Shown here: one piece after another, positions 29,323 to 41,346 of the stretch | How positions within the stretch are numbered: the stretch's first letter is position 1 | Layout of the letters: each line of letters starts with the position of its first letter | Assembly: GCF_000150275.1 (NCBI RefSeq) | Contig: NW_002060943.1 | Span: forward strand, 966,731-1,030,730 | Reading direction: 5' to 3' | Origin: Trichoplax adhaerens | Lineage: Eukaryota > Animalia > Placozoa | Length of the DNA: 64,000 bases | Notes under the pieces: model-generated | The model's database searches: none | What the model saw: only the letters and a program-made list of their open reading frames with translations | Told to the model about the DNA's origin: nothing | Position numbers and translations under genes: made by a program

Positions 29323-31172
29323 ATGGTAAGTTAAAGGCATAGGCTAAGAAATTATTGTATATCGGTTCAAGAGTTGGATAGGTGTATAGTTTGGCCAATT
29401 CAATAGGCTTCAATACGTTGTATGATTGTCGTATAATGCCATTCATCCAGTCATCAACATGGCGGAACCAACCTTCACATGTTGGATGATATACTGTTCT
29501 AATTCTACTTTGCTTTGAACTTATTGGATGATAGTTACCGCTATCCCTTCTTAAGACGGCTCAAAGTCATCCTATGGTAAGATGATACAAAGGAATAGGA
29601 TAAGCTAATGACAGAGAGTAGTGTATCCTTAGACAGAAATAGTCAACGTAGTCGTTCTAGCGGTAGAAAGTGGCCACACTTGTACTTGCTGAGGAAGAGA
29701 GTCAAGATATACGAGTACATGATCAATAATGTCTTGTAGGCAAGTTGTAGCAAAACATAGACGACGGTACAGTGTGTACAACGTAGTAAATTCAGTTTGA
29801 CTCGTGGCAGTACAGTAAATTAAATTGAGTATCAAGAATAGTCTCGTTGTTTTTACATCTATGATAGCTATCACGAGTTTAGAAAAGGAAAAATAATAAT
29901 CATATGAGACCTTGTTATAAAAAAACAATTTCACTCCTGGCGTAATTTTTATAGCCAATCTTATTTGTGTACTTCTATCGTATTGTGTACAGCTGGTTGA
30001 ACTGAAGAACGGTGAAACCTATAATGGACATTTGGTTAATTGTGACAATTTTATGAATATCAACCTTCGTGAAGTTATTTGCACCTCCAAAGTAAGTCTA
30101 CTTGGATAGCCGATCAGCAAAGATTGGTGATATGCTGTTTAATTTACACAACCCTGAATGAACTAAAACATCTTAAAAATATGAAATTTTGATCGTGATT
30201 GTTTACGCTGTCGCTTGTGAACATAATTTTATTCTGTCTTGTTAATCCCAATACTCGTATAGGATGGTGATCGGTTCTGGAAAATGCCGGAATGCTATCT
30301 CAGAGGAAATATGATCAAGTATTTAAGAATTCCTGACGAGGTCTACATTGTTACCGTAAAGCTTAAACATCATTTAGCTAGAGATTGGTACAGTCTTCGA
30401 AAGTCATAAAAATACAGTAGGAACTTGTAGTATTGTAAATGGGCAAAAAAATTGTAGCGCTACTTTCAATACTTATTATTAGTGTGGTGAAAGACTCGCA
30501 CCATGACTTTTCTCATAATAAATACGCTAGATGCTATCATTGCTTTCGACTAATCTTACATTCAATGCAATGTGGTACAGTGTTGTAAGCTGTAAAGTTA
30601 AATTATCCCTTCCTATAATTACGCTGCATTGCAATACTTAGAAATAACCGCTGCAACTTTGACGGTTTGTTATCTTTCTGATCAGGTTATCGATATGGTC
30701 AAAGAGGAAGCCATAAATAGAAATCGTGGACGTGGAGGTGGATTCGGCGGAAGAGGTTTGTCAACATTTCCTATATATTCATAAGTCAATCAGGCGATAT
30801 ACGTAGCTGATTAAAATTTGCTAAGGAAATAAGGTTGAATACCACCTTGGCCGTAACCTATTTTTTATTCATTTCTTCAAATTGACGTATAATGTTACCA
30901 TAAATGATATCCTTAGTGTTAACGACAATAGCTAGTTACTACCGATGAAGTGATTAGACATAAAATAATCTGGTATAATTTTAATAATTTCAGGTCGTGG
31001 TGGTCGTGGAAGAGGTATACGATAATTAAAGACTCATACTGCAGCAGTAAAAGCCACAATTTATTAGAATATAAGGATATAATTGTACTGGATTTTCTTT
31101 CATGTCGAATGTCTATTTTCAGGTCAATTCAATCGCGGAGGTTATGGCAGAGGCCGTGGAGGTGGAAAATAA
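29323..31172 (+). CDS. LSM4: U6 snRNA-associated Sm-like protein LSm4
   Basis: Exons 29323-29325 (ATG only), 29535-29576, 29993-30091, 30263-30340, 30686-30755, 30994-31014, 31123-31172. Translation [75 protein letters not shown] followed by an RGG tail. Confidence 0.97.
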
Positions 31173-32552
31173 TCTTTCTTGGTCATCTTTCATACTTAAG
31201 AGAATCAACTACTTCTTCAATCCTTTACACTAAATGTATTTGACAATATGTTGCTGCTAAAGATGATATACAGTAGACTTTTGTGCAACCATCGTAAAGC
31301 GACAAATTATACTGAGTATCAGTTACAATTTCATTTGCTTGATATCTTTATATCATTTTTGTACATACTGTACACATATGTCTGTAAAATTCGAAATGAG
31401 TCAGATGTAGACTCTAGTTAGTTATCTTCCTGTAACTTTATCAGTTTTTATGATAATAAACATGTTTTGTACGCGTGTATTGATGAGTCGATTAATTTGT
31501 TCCTAAGCTGTATTCAATTATACCCTTACTTGATAAACTGTCATTTAAAAACAGTTTTCAACAGCAGTGAGCATATATTTACAGATAGAAATCATCCGGA
31601 CAAGCTTCAGAGATACAACGCAATGTACATCGCAGGCTATTCCATTTTAGAATTTGCGGATCAATTGATCCGAATTTACTACCCACCGCGATATGTGTTT
31701 ACGAAACTTAAAATTGAAAGTGTTATCGCAAACTGCGCATAGCCAGAATCTTATTAGTTATACTCCAAGTAATAACAAAAGACTTTGGCTTTTTCAAAGC
31801 TGCTACCTGTCATTCTGATATTAACGGTGTTGGAGCGTTAACTCATATCAGTATAAGTTTACGACTCTTATTCTTCAGTTAGCAATGATCCTGCTAATTT
31901 CAAGTACATTCGTCAAATTAGTTGATAATATAGTTCTTAAAGGCTACAATCTCGTTAATTAAAAATAATTTAAACATTTATCGAAAGCAATTCATGGCGA
32001 TTTAAAGCAAAATAATATTAGTTATGTTATGCTCGACAAGTTCTTTAAGCGTATGAATTAGCCATGATAACAATTTATTTCGTTCAAACTAAGTCAATTG
32101 GCAAACAACTATACCAACGTTTAGTAAATATATGGAATCACAATCATGTTGGCGATATTATGTTTAGGAACAAAAAATTTTCAGCAATTTATTCAGGTAA
32201 AAAGGAGGAGTATCATTAACGATATTACATGATGTCATTCTGTAATTGCGCTATTACGTATTTATGCACATGACTTGAATAATAACAAAAGTAATGTCCA
32301 ATTCTTTACGCTTGACCTTAACATAATATAATTAAATCCTAATATGATTAATTAATATCGTGACTTAACTTTTGTATCTAGCTTACGCAAGCCTGAGATA
32401 ACATAACGATTGCATATTGCTGTTTTCGTAAAATCTTCTAAGGCAAAATGGCGAATTTAAAGTTTCACTCGCATCTAGGCATTTACGCATAGAGTAGTCA
32501 AATAGCAGTGTTTTATTTTACTTACTTATTATAGCAATACAATTAATTTATC

Positions 32553-35500
32553 ATGACTAACGTTAGAAAAGTCATGATTCAAATGTTAGTAATTCTAGTC
32601 TTAACCAATTTGTCTTACTCCGTGGGAAATTTTATCAGCCATCCCTTCAACGCATCCAAAGTGTTAACCATAACAGCTATGTTTGCTATGAACGAATACT
32701 CGGCAACATTTGTAGCTACTAAGCTGGCATTGGAGCATATCAATCTAAATCCAGATATCCTTCCTGGTTATTATCTTAATATGAGTTGGAAAGACACTCA
32801 AGTAAATTTTTACTTCTAACCAATCGTGTTATTCAAAAATAAAATAATACATTACGATTCCATCATAAATGCATAGCTATAATTAATATGTAGATTAAGG
32901 TGATAGGTAGACAATCTTTTGTACGTTTCTTATAGCCATGAAAATGTAAAGAATAAAAATTATGCGATATGAAATTTGATATTCGTATACGGTTTAACAT
33001 TTTAGTCAATCAATGCAATTTTTTCATTATTTTATTCTATATGAATGCCGTTAGCTCCGCCGGCCTTCTGCCGTGCAAATGTTAAAATTATTTTTAGGTA
33101 AGGTGATAAATCGATATTTTAATTAATAGTGTGATCCAAGTATCGGATTAAAGAACTTATTCGATGAGTTAAGTACCCCACCGATTAAGATCATGGCCCT
33201 TGGGGCATCCTGTTCGCATGTTACAGAACAAGTTACTAGATTTACTAAAGAGTTTAAGCTATTGCAGGTAATAAATCACTATTTTAGCTAGCGTATATCA
33301 TAGCTTTTTTTTGAAATATAATAGATATAATTTGCATTTCTAAACGCTTCTTTATATAATTTTGGGTGCTATTTATACATATATTCTTGGCTCAGGTTTC
33401 ACCGTCGTCGTCGTCGCCAGTCTTAAGTAGCAAATCAGTCTATCCTTATTTCTTTCGCACAATCGTTTCTGGAGATGCTTTTCCTGTTATAATGTTGGAT
33501 ATTTGTCGAAAATTTGGATGGAAAAGAGTCTCTATCCTTAATGAAAAGCAAGAGTTTTTCACAGCGGTGATTAGAATTTGAATATGTTTTTCCTAAATAA
33601 AAGTTGAAAAAGAAACATACAATAATATGGCAGTACAATATAATAATTACAAATACGCTCATTCATGACGCGAACATAAAGATTTCATGGCAATCTCTTT
33701 TAGAAATTAGCTCTAGCACGTCATACTTAGAAGATTATCAGCAATGGCAATAAAGATTTTTATATTCTGCCCAGCATTTTACGTCTTCAAATTCAGCCAT
33801 AACTAATAACAGATTTTTGCTTACTAAAGCTATTCTATTTCATTAAAATAATTCAGTGTTTATTTGAAATAATTATAATGAATTCATGTTTGCCTTCTAA
33901 CAGGATTGCATTCATATTGACATCCTTCTTGACGATCGCAAATATCTTAAAATGCAAATAAAGATTAATATGTGGGCAATCCCTAGATTCTCACTACCGT
34001 ATCGCATAGATTAATTCTTAACAGCAATTAGTAAAATATGAATTAAACTTCAATCGGTTTTCATGATTTACCGTATATTGTTTCTTCCTATGGATTGTAG
34101 GGGAGCTTAGCATTGATTAAAACTGCGGAAACGAGATACCAAATTTCAGTTGCTAGCTCACAGGAAGTTGACAGCGATCAAGATCCATATCTTGCGTTAC
34201 TCACTATCCGCGTAAGTTCAATGAAAATCATTAGACAATAATATTTCTCTTGGCCTTAAGATTAAATTTATTTCTCTTGGATGGAAAATTGTAAGTTGGG
34301 TGTAAATTGATTCTTTCGTTGATACCTTTTCTATGCTATTAAAATATACAGAAAACCGGAAATAGAGTTATTTTAGCGGGATTCTTACCTGAAATGGGTC
34401 GTAAAATATTTTGCCAGGTTAGTCTCACATTTCATACAAATAGACATCACAGTTAAAGCTTATAGTATTGCTCTAAATACGTCCGCCTGATTGCATTAAT
34501 TAAAATACGTATATCCTGGTTTTCTTAGGCCTATCATATGGATATGACCGGCCCAAATTATATCTGGATCATCCCAGATTCGTTACCAAAGTATTGGTGG
34601 AGAATTCATGGAAATGTAACTCTGAGACATTCTAATAAGTTTTGTGGCCGCAAAGAAATGGACCATGCAGTAAAAGGTTACTTTTCGGTCTCAGATTACC
34701 CAATTGCCACAAAACTTTATGAAAATACTGTTTCAGGATTTGTAAGTGCAACCTTTTCGTTAGATATATACGTAATTAATCAGTTAACTCTTTCCTGATT
34801 TTTAACAATAAAAACTATAGACACCGTCAAAATGGCTAAAAGTCTATAAAGAATATCAGCAAAAGCATTATCCTAACTATACAGCTAATGAACAGTATGC
34901 TGGATATGCCTATGATGCTGTTTGGTGTATTGCGCTATCTCTCAATAATTCGATCCGGCCATTACATAAAAATCATGGCACTAAATTAGAAAAATTTGTA
35001 TATCACAGCAGTGATTTCATCGATACGTTTGTAAGCCAAATGGAAGAACTTAAATTTATGGGTATTTCGGTATGTTAAAATATATTTTAGTTGCCGTTTC
35101 TTTTCGGCGAATATATGATATAATTTCGCATTGTACTATTTCAAATAATCGTTAAGATTAGGAAAGCACTACTACTATAGGTATACTTGTATGTTATATG
35201 CTAGTACTAACGCAAAATTATGAATCATTAGGGGTCAGTATCGTTTACTTTTAGAGGCAATCGCATAGGCGCCGTAAGAGTAGGCCGCATTCAAGGCTCA
35301 GGTAACGAGATTGAAATACGCGTAGTCCTTATAAAACAGAAGATATTCTTCTATCAGTTTATATTCTATTTTAAAATTGCAAAGTTATTCTTTGTCTATA
35401 ACACTAAATGTAAATTAAATATCATTATGGACTATATTTCATCATTTTGATCAAAGTTGAAATTTTATTCAATGATGTCAAATTTTAGATTTGCAAAATG

Positions 35501-38246
35501 TTGAAATTGCTATTTATGCAACATTCGAAGAATCTCCCGTCTGGAAAACAACAGCAATTCAATGGGGAACTCCAGGTAAAAGTTAGTGCAGCGATATGCA
35601 ATGGAATGTATCATTATAGCAATCTATGGATAAAATTAAATGATAGCGTTGATTTAGCACTTCATAGTTTATGAGAATTACTACCATTTCTGGCTACTAA
35701 CAGACCGTATCATCTTTGCCAATTTATTTCAATTCTAGGTAACAGTGTACCCAAAGATCGACCAACAAGCAAAATCATGACAGTATCCATTCCGCTAGAA
35801 CTTTACGTCGCCATTGCTGTTAGCGTATTGGTTAGCGTTTCTATTGCCAGTTGCACTTTAATATTCAATATTCGCTTCAATAAAATTTTGTAAGTTGCCA
35901 AACTAACTTGCATACAGAATCGAATTATGAATTTTCCGTCTACTGCCACTTAATTATTATGCAATTTAATTTTTACAGTAAATTTAACCGTAAAGTCCTT
36001 TTAAATCATTTAATCATCTCAAAAATCGAAGCTATAATATTACTTTTATCATTGTAGAACCAGATGTATCGTCAATTCTAAGTTAAATTCCATCCTCGCC
36101 ATTGCTGCTATTATTTGTTGTAGCTGTATATTTCTTCTAGCAAGCGATAAAGGCATCATTGGATATAATGCAGAATTAACTAAGATATCATGTTGGGTAG
36201 CGTTTAATGATTAATTATCCGTATAGTATCAATCATTATAAGCGTATAATTCATTCATTAGTTTTAGTTCATTCCAATGATTCTATATATTATCTTCTTT
36301 TTCTTTATTTCTTCCTAACATTGTGATTTACTGATTACTAATTTGAGAATCTTTCATAGTCTCAATCGATCATCCTATGTTTGGGATTTTCTATCGGTTA
36401 TGGAGCTTTGTTAGCTAAAATATGGGATATCTATAAAATTCAAACTACTGCTGAAGGCAAGCTAGTAAGGGTAAGTGTCGTGGGTTTTGCTTGGTTCGAG
36501 AGATTTGTAAGATTTGTTGTAAGTAATATAAGTAATGCGCACGCTAAAGACTATTATCTGAGAATCATCGGAATTATGATCAGATCATATTATACTTACT
36601 TTGGAAGTATCTATTCGTCACATAGTTGTAGTTTGATCCATATTCAAGTCAATCAATAACATTAAATTTTGCGCTTAAAAATTGAATCTTACCTTTTGCA
36701 CGTATATGCATAAATCACACTAGAGAAATGGTACTGGGATTTATTATAAAACAGATCTAACACGAAAATTGACCTACTGTATTTCTAGGGTACCAAGAAC
36801 TGGCAATTATACCTTATGGTCTTTTTGGTTTGCGTTGGTAACTTATTGGTAGTCATATTATTTTCTGTTACTGATCCAATCGTGATTGCCGAAAGAAATT
36901 ATACTGAAATTAATGCTGATGTAAGTTCATCTTGTAATACTTGTTTCTTAAAGGTTTTGATCGTATTAGTGTATCTATCAAGTAGAAATCAATCAAATGG
37001 ATTGGCTATTCTATTACAGATATCAGCAAAATTAACAGGTGGTCTACCTGAAGAAAGTTTAGTAACGTATATTGCACGTTATTGTGTTTACCAATACTCT
37101 AATATCCGTCTGGCAGTAGTGTCTATCTCGAACGGAATTTTACTAATCATTGGTATAGTTCTATCATGGAAAGCTCGAGCTGTCGTTCTTCCTATCAGCA
37201 ATGAAGCCAAATACGTTGGATTTTCTATCTATAATGTAGCACTATTCAGTATTATTGGATCTGTTCTTTCTGTCACTACTCAAGATAGGCCTGTTTCTAA
37301 TTTCGGATTAACTTCGCTCTTTATCTTGGTAATCGTCTTCGTCACAATGTTCCTATCCTTCCTGCCTAGGGTAAGCATATCAATTAAAATGCACACTTGG
37401 GAATAATCACGTCTTAATTTTTGCAATTCAGAAGATTAGAGTAACATCAAACGTGATTTACCAATCTGATCTACCTTTTCGTAGTCTCAAATGTTGATTA
37501 CCAATCAGAGATTAGATGCAAATCGAGAAAAAATAAAGTATATTTTAATGGATAAGTTGTTTGTAGACGATCACAAGAAATGGACCAATATCAATTCGAT
37601 ATTAGCTTAATTTTGCCTACTGTATACGTAAAGACCAGCTTCTAAAATACGAGTACTTGTATGTCAGACATGGATTTTATAATTTTAACGACGATAACTT
37701 TTACTAGATCTACTATGTGTGGAAGGTGGTCAAGGCAAATAAGCAAAAGGCGCATGAAAGTATCAATGACGATCGAGAATCGGCTACAATGAAATATCAC
37801 GATGAGGCTAAAATAAAGCGTAGACTGTCTCAAAACGAAGTAAGGAATGAAATTGATCGATTAAATACCAGCGTATCACAGGTGAGTTAAACGACCAGTT
37901 ATCGGATTGTTAATATTAGAATAGTCATAAAATATGCTATTTTATAGTATCTTTAACTCTTTCTTACTAATGAAACACACGCGTAAGTAGTAAATACTGC
38001 ATGTAACCCTATCGATGAGGGTTGTGGTATAATGAAGAATGACTAATTTTAATCCTTATCCTTAATTAGCTAGTAAATCAAGCCGCTGTGCTACGAATTT
38101 CTTTACATAAAGCGGATAAGCAAGTCAACACACGTAGAATTTCGACTCTGGGTTTTGTCATGTATGAAAAGCAATCATCAAACTGCGGAGTCATTTTTGT
38201 TGAAAATATTGCCGAAACGGATTCTTTTTCTTCGGTATCAACCTGA
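32553..38246 (+). CDS. GABA-B receptor-like class C GPCR #2 (divergent paralog)
   Basis: 16 exons with the same intron positions as GPCR #1: 32553-32801, 33130-33267, 33396-33566, 34101-34211, 34352-34417, 34529-34741, 34821-35069, 35232-35301, 35489-35575, 35739-35889, 36058-36196, 36360-36470, 36789-36920, 37020-37370, 37708-37881, 38070-38246. Motifs ILPGYYL..DTQ/CDP, SSSSPVLSSKSVYPYFFRT, YAYDAVW, GFSIGYGALLAK, NEAKYVGFSIYN, FLPR. Confidence 0.9.
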
Positions 38247-39393
38247 TAGAATGGCAAAAAATTCTATTCGTTGTAAATGGAAAGTACTGCAAGGGTAGAG
38301 CTAATATTGAATAATCTGATATACGTATAACGTAGGTATGACTATCGCCTCTTTGATTATACGCATACGTATATTTATTTTTACCATGTTGCTATTCGTT
38401 AAATACGATGTTCATGGTCGTTTTCAGTTGAAATTGTATATTTAATTGGACGTTTTAGTGCAGATTATTTTCAGCGCTATTCCCTGTCGATGGCATTAAT
38501 AATAGACAGCAAAGAAGTAGTATACGCAGAGGCGCAGAAAGTCTGCTAACCTTACGCAAAAATCTAACGGAATTATGTACCGCTAATTTACTCGCTAAGC
38601 TGCTGCACTTTTGCAATAAACGACAATCATGATACTCTGAATCGAGGCAAGATGCTAGGATAATCATTTTTCAGCAGTTTTAGCAATACGTTTGTACTCA
38701 TATACAGCAGTTTATGGGGTGAGCTATTAGCAAATGCTATTGCTTTGATGAAAATAGTCGGTCTGTAACCTGCTAACTTGTGAGCACTTCGACTTGTAAC
38801 AGCTTACTAGTCGACATATACCGTAAGGTAAATTTTGGTTTTATTTTTTCAGCGCAATTCTAGCCAATCTATCTAAAATTCTAAATAGATCAGTACTCGC
38901 CTGAGTTCTAACAGTTTAATCGGACTATATAAGTAGTTGTTGTACCAGCATGTGAAAAATAAAAGTGCAATGAACAGAAATACAGTACTGTAATTTTCAT
39001 ATCTTAAATAGTAATACTATTGGATACCCATTTATTAATTTGACTTATAAAAGAATCATTGAAAGAGTATAGCGCACTTTTAGTTAAAACATTTTATTAA
39101 CGGCAGTATCAAAGTTATATCTAGACAAGTTAGCGTAGGCATTTATACCCTAATTGGAACGAATATTCATTCTTTTTGATTTACTTAATACTGCTCGATT
39201 AATTTTAAATTAATCAAACAGGAGTCCGATCAAGGAACAAAATCCAACTTTTTACAGAATTAATATACACTGAAACCTTTTCAAATAAAATAATTATACT
39301 GTGAACGCATGCAGTAGTTAAATTAAATAAGTTTTCCTTAAAATTGTACAATTTACAACGTCGGGCTAAATGAGGAAATGGAGGCGATCATGA

Positions 39394-41346
39394 TTACCTA
39401 TGGCCCACTTTAGTCCGACGCTTGCTCATTTCGCTGTCAGTAGCAAGGGCAATTTTTCTTTTCTTGTTGTTGCTAACGGTGTTGGTTGGTAGCAACATAT
39501 TTCGCTTAAGGTAAGCATAAGAATGACTAGCTGCATGCTGTACTGGAGGTACATGTTGATAATGATCTATTTGAGTAGCATTAACGTTAGCAAAGGAGAA
39601 ATGACTAACTTGCGTTTGTTCACCTTTCCAGTAGATATAATACACATCATCGTTATAATTAAAACCATTACAAGCTCCCTCTCCATAGCTGGAGAGTAAT
39701 TGTTTCCATACGTAGATGCCATTACCATCTAATACATGGGCGATACCAAATTCTTTAGCTAAATGAGCTAAATCGCCTACATCTTGAACATCACGACCGT
39801 AGAATTTATGAGCAAATTGCATTGACATTAATTCTGTAGCTATACCACCATGTCCTGGATGAGTAAACACTAATTGAATAAAACGAAAATGGCCAAATTT
39901 AGTTAAATTAATAAACCAATTGATGAAAGTTGGACTTCGATTGTCACGATTGGTAATAATGACTAAATTTTTTATCCATGTTGGTAAATGATACTTGATA
40001 TAGTCGTCCAGAAAAGAGAGAATATAATCGCATCGGTGTGTAATCGATTCGCTATCATCACCACAAATATAGATATGCCGTTGATCAAGGCCATGTTCTT
40101 TAATATTAAAAAGTGCATAGCGGTGAGTTGCTTCTTGAAGAGTATGTTGATGATGATCGTTCTCGTCCAATTGACGGCTAAATCCATAGTGGGGTAAACT
40201 TTTACTAGTTTGAAAATCGCAATCAATAGTGGCTTTATATTCATCTTTCATTTGGCCTAATTTCATGATATGAGCAACATCTTGAACGTTTTCATCGGTA
40301 GCGATTTGTTCAAATTGTTGTTGAAATAACACAAGACTTTGTTGGATACCAGCCCAACTTAGTTGGCATTGAACACACAGACTGTTGTAAGCATCCATAG
40401 CTTGATTAGAAGCGATGCGATGTTGAATAATAAGAGAACAATTATTATTATTATTATTGACTTGAGTAGGCTGTTGCAGTTGTTGCAGTTCTTGATGACG
40501 GTAGGGTGAGAGAATGTTACCATCGTTCACTTCTTCTTTGATCATCAACGGATAGCCATTGGATACTGGAGTTTGTTGAAGGTTAGAATTTTGCTGTTCT
40601 TGAACCTGTTCTAGCTGGACAACAGGATCAGGGCTATCATCGTTCTTTTTATTATTATTATTACTTTTAATGCGAGCAATTTCTTTCTTGCGCAGTTTCT
40701 TGCAATCGGAGCACAACCATGATTGCGTTGGTGACAAGGTAGTATGAGGAAATTCACTCTTGATCCAATTATGAGCTGTACGACTGGAAATAGTTTGGCG
40801 ATTATGTCGCAATTGTTCAATATTGAAATGCCAGACCAGTGATTTTTCAGCTTTTTTAATAAATTGACGATCGGATGCTGAAGGTAAACGGATACATTCA
40901 AAGCGATTATCTAAATAAAACATAGGAGCCCCAGCTTTATCATATTGGGTATTGGGTCGTCGATTCTTAATAATATAGTCGAAAAAGTCCCTTTTTGCTG
41001 GTAATTTATAATGCGCTGATCGAATTTTATTTTTAATACGAAAACGATAAGGGCATGGATTATTTTTGACGTAATCTTGCATCTTTTTCAATGTGGTTGG
41101 CGAAATATTGAGGTATAATATCACACATTCTCGGCAAAATTTTAACTGGCCGTAACAATCGAAAAGTGCATTCATCAACTTGGTATCATCGTAAATTCCT
41201 TCAAAACTTGAGTAACACTTTGAGCCTGCTTTAACTTTAGCTAGCCACATTTTTAAATTGGTCGCAAGTAAATTTTCTAGCATACTTTTGCAACAATTGC
41301 AATTTTCTATTCTTTCCATCCTAGCCATGGATTGGTTACCGGCCAT
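39394..41346 (-). CDS. 650-aa transposase-derived protein (Sola1-like DDD family by motif recall), probably domesticated and catalytically degenerate
   Basis: Single uninterrupted ORF among intron-rich genes. Ordered motifs FCRECVILYLNIS, PTQSWLCSDC...H, IDCDFQTSKSLPHYG, YILSFLDDYI, LVIITNRDNRS, IQLVFTHPGHGGIATE. Q/N-rich insert and basic C-terminus (KKRK, KRRTK). Confidence 0.65.
   Translation of the reverse strand: MAGNQSMARMERIENCNCCKSMLENLLATNLKMWLAKVKAGSKCYSSFEGIYDDTKLMNALFDCYGQLKFCRECVILYLNISPTTLKKMQDYVKNNPCPYRFRIKNKIRSAHYKLPAKRDFFDYIIKNRRPNTQYDKAGAPMFYLDNRFECIRLPSASDRQFIKKAEKSLVWHFNIEQLRHNRQTISSRTAHNWIKSEFPHTTLSPTQSWLCSDCKKLRKKEIARIKSNNNNKKNDDSPDPVVQLEQVQEQQNSNLQQTPVSNGYPLMIKEEVNDGNILSPYRHQELQQLQQPTQVNNNNNNCSLIIQHRIASNQAMDAYNSLCVQCQLSWAGIQQSLVLFQQQFEQIATDENVQDVAHIMKLGQMKDEYKATIDCDFQTSKSLPHYGFSRQLDENDHHQHTLQEATHRYALFNIKEHGLDQRHIYICGDDSESITHRCDYILSFLDDYIKYHLPTWIKNLVIITNRDNRSPTFINWFINLTKFGHFRFIQLVFTHPGHGGIATELMSMQFAHKFYGRDVQDVGDLAHLAKEFGIAHVLDGNGIYVWKQLLSSYGEGACNGFNYNDDVYYIYWKGEQTQVSHFSFANVNATQIDHYQHVPPVQHAASHSYAYLKRNMLLPTNTVSNNKKRKIALATDSEMSKRRTKVGHR

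Noticed and set aside
39972-40901. Alternative-frame and antisense ORFs inside the 650-aa gene
   Set aside because: Shadow ORFs of a long coding region.
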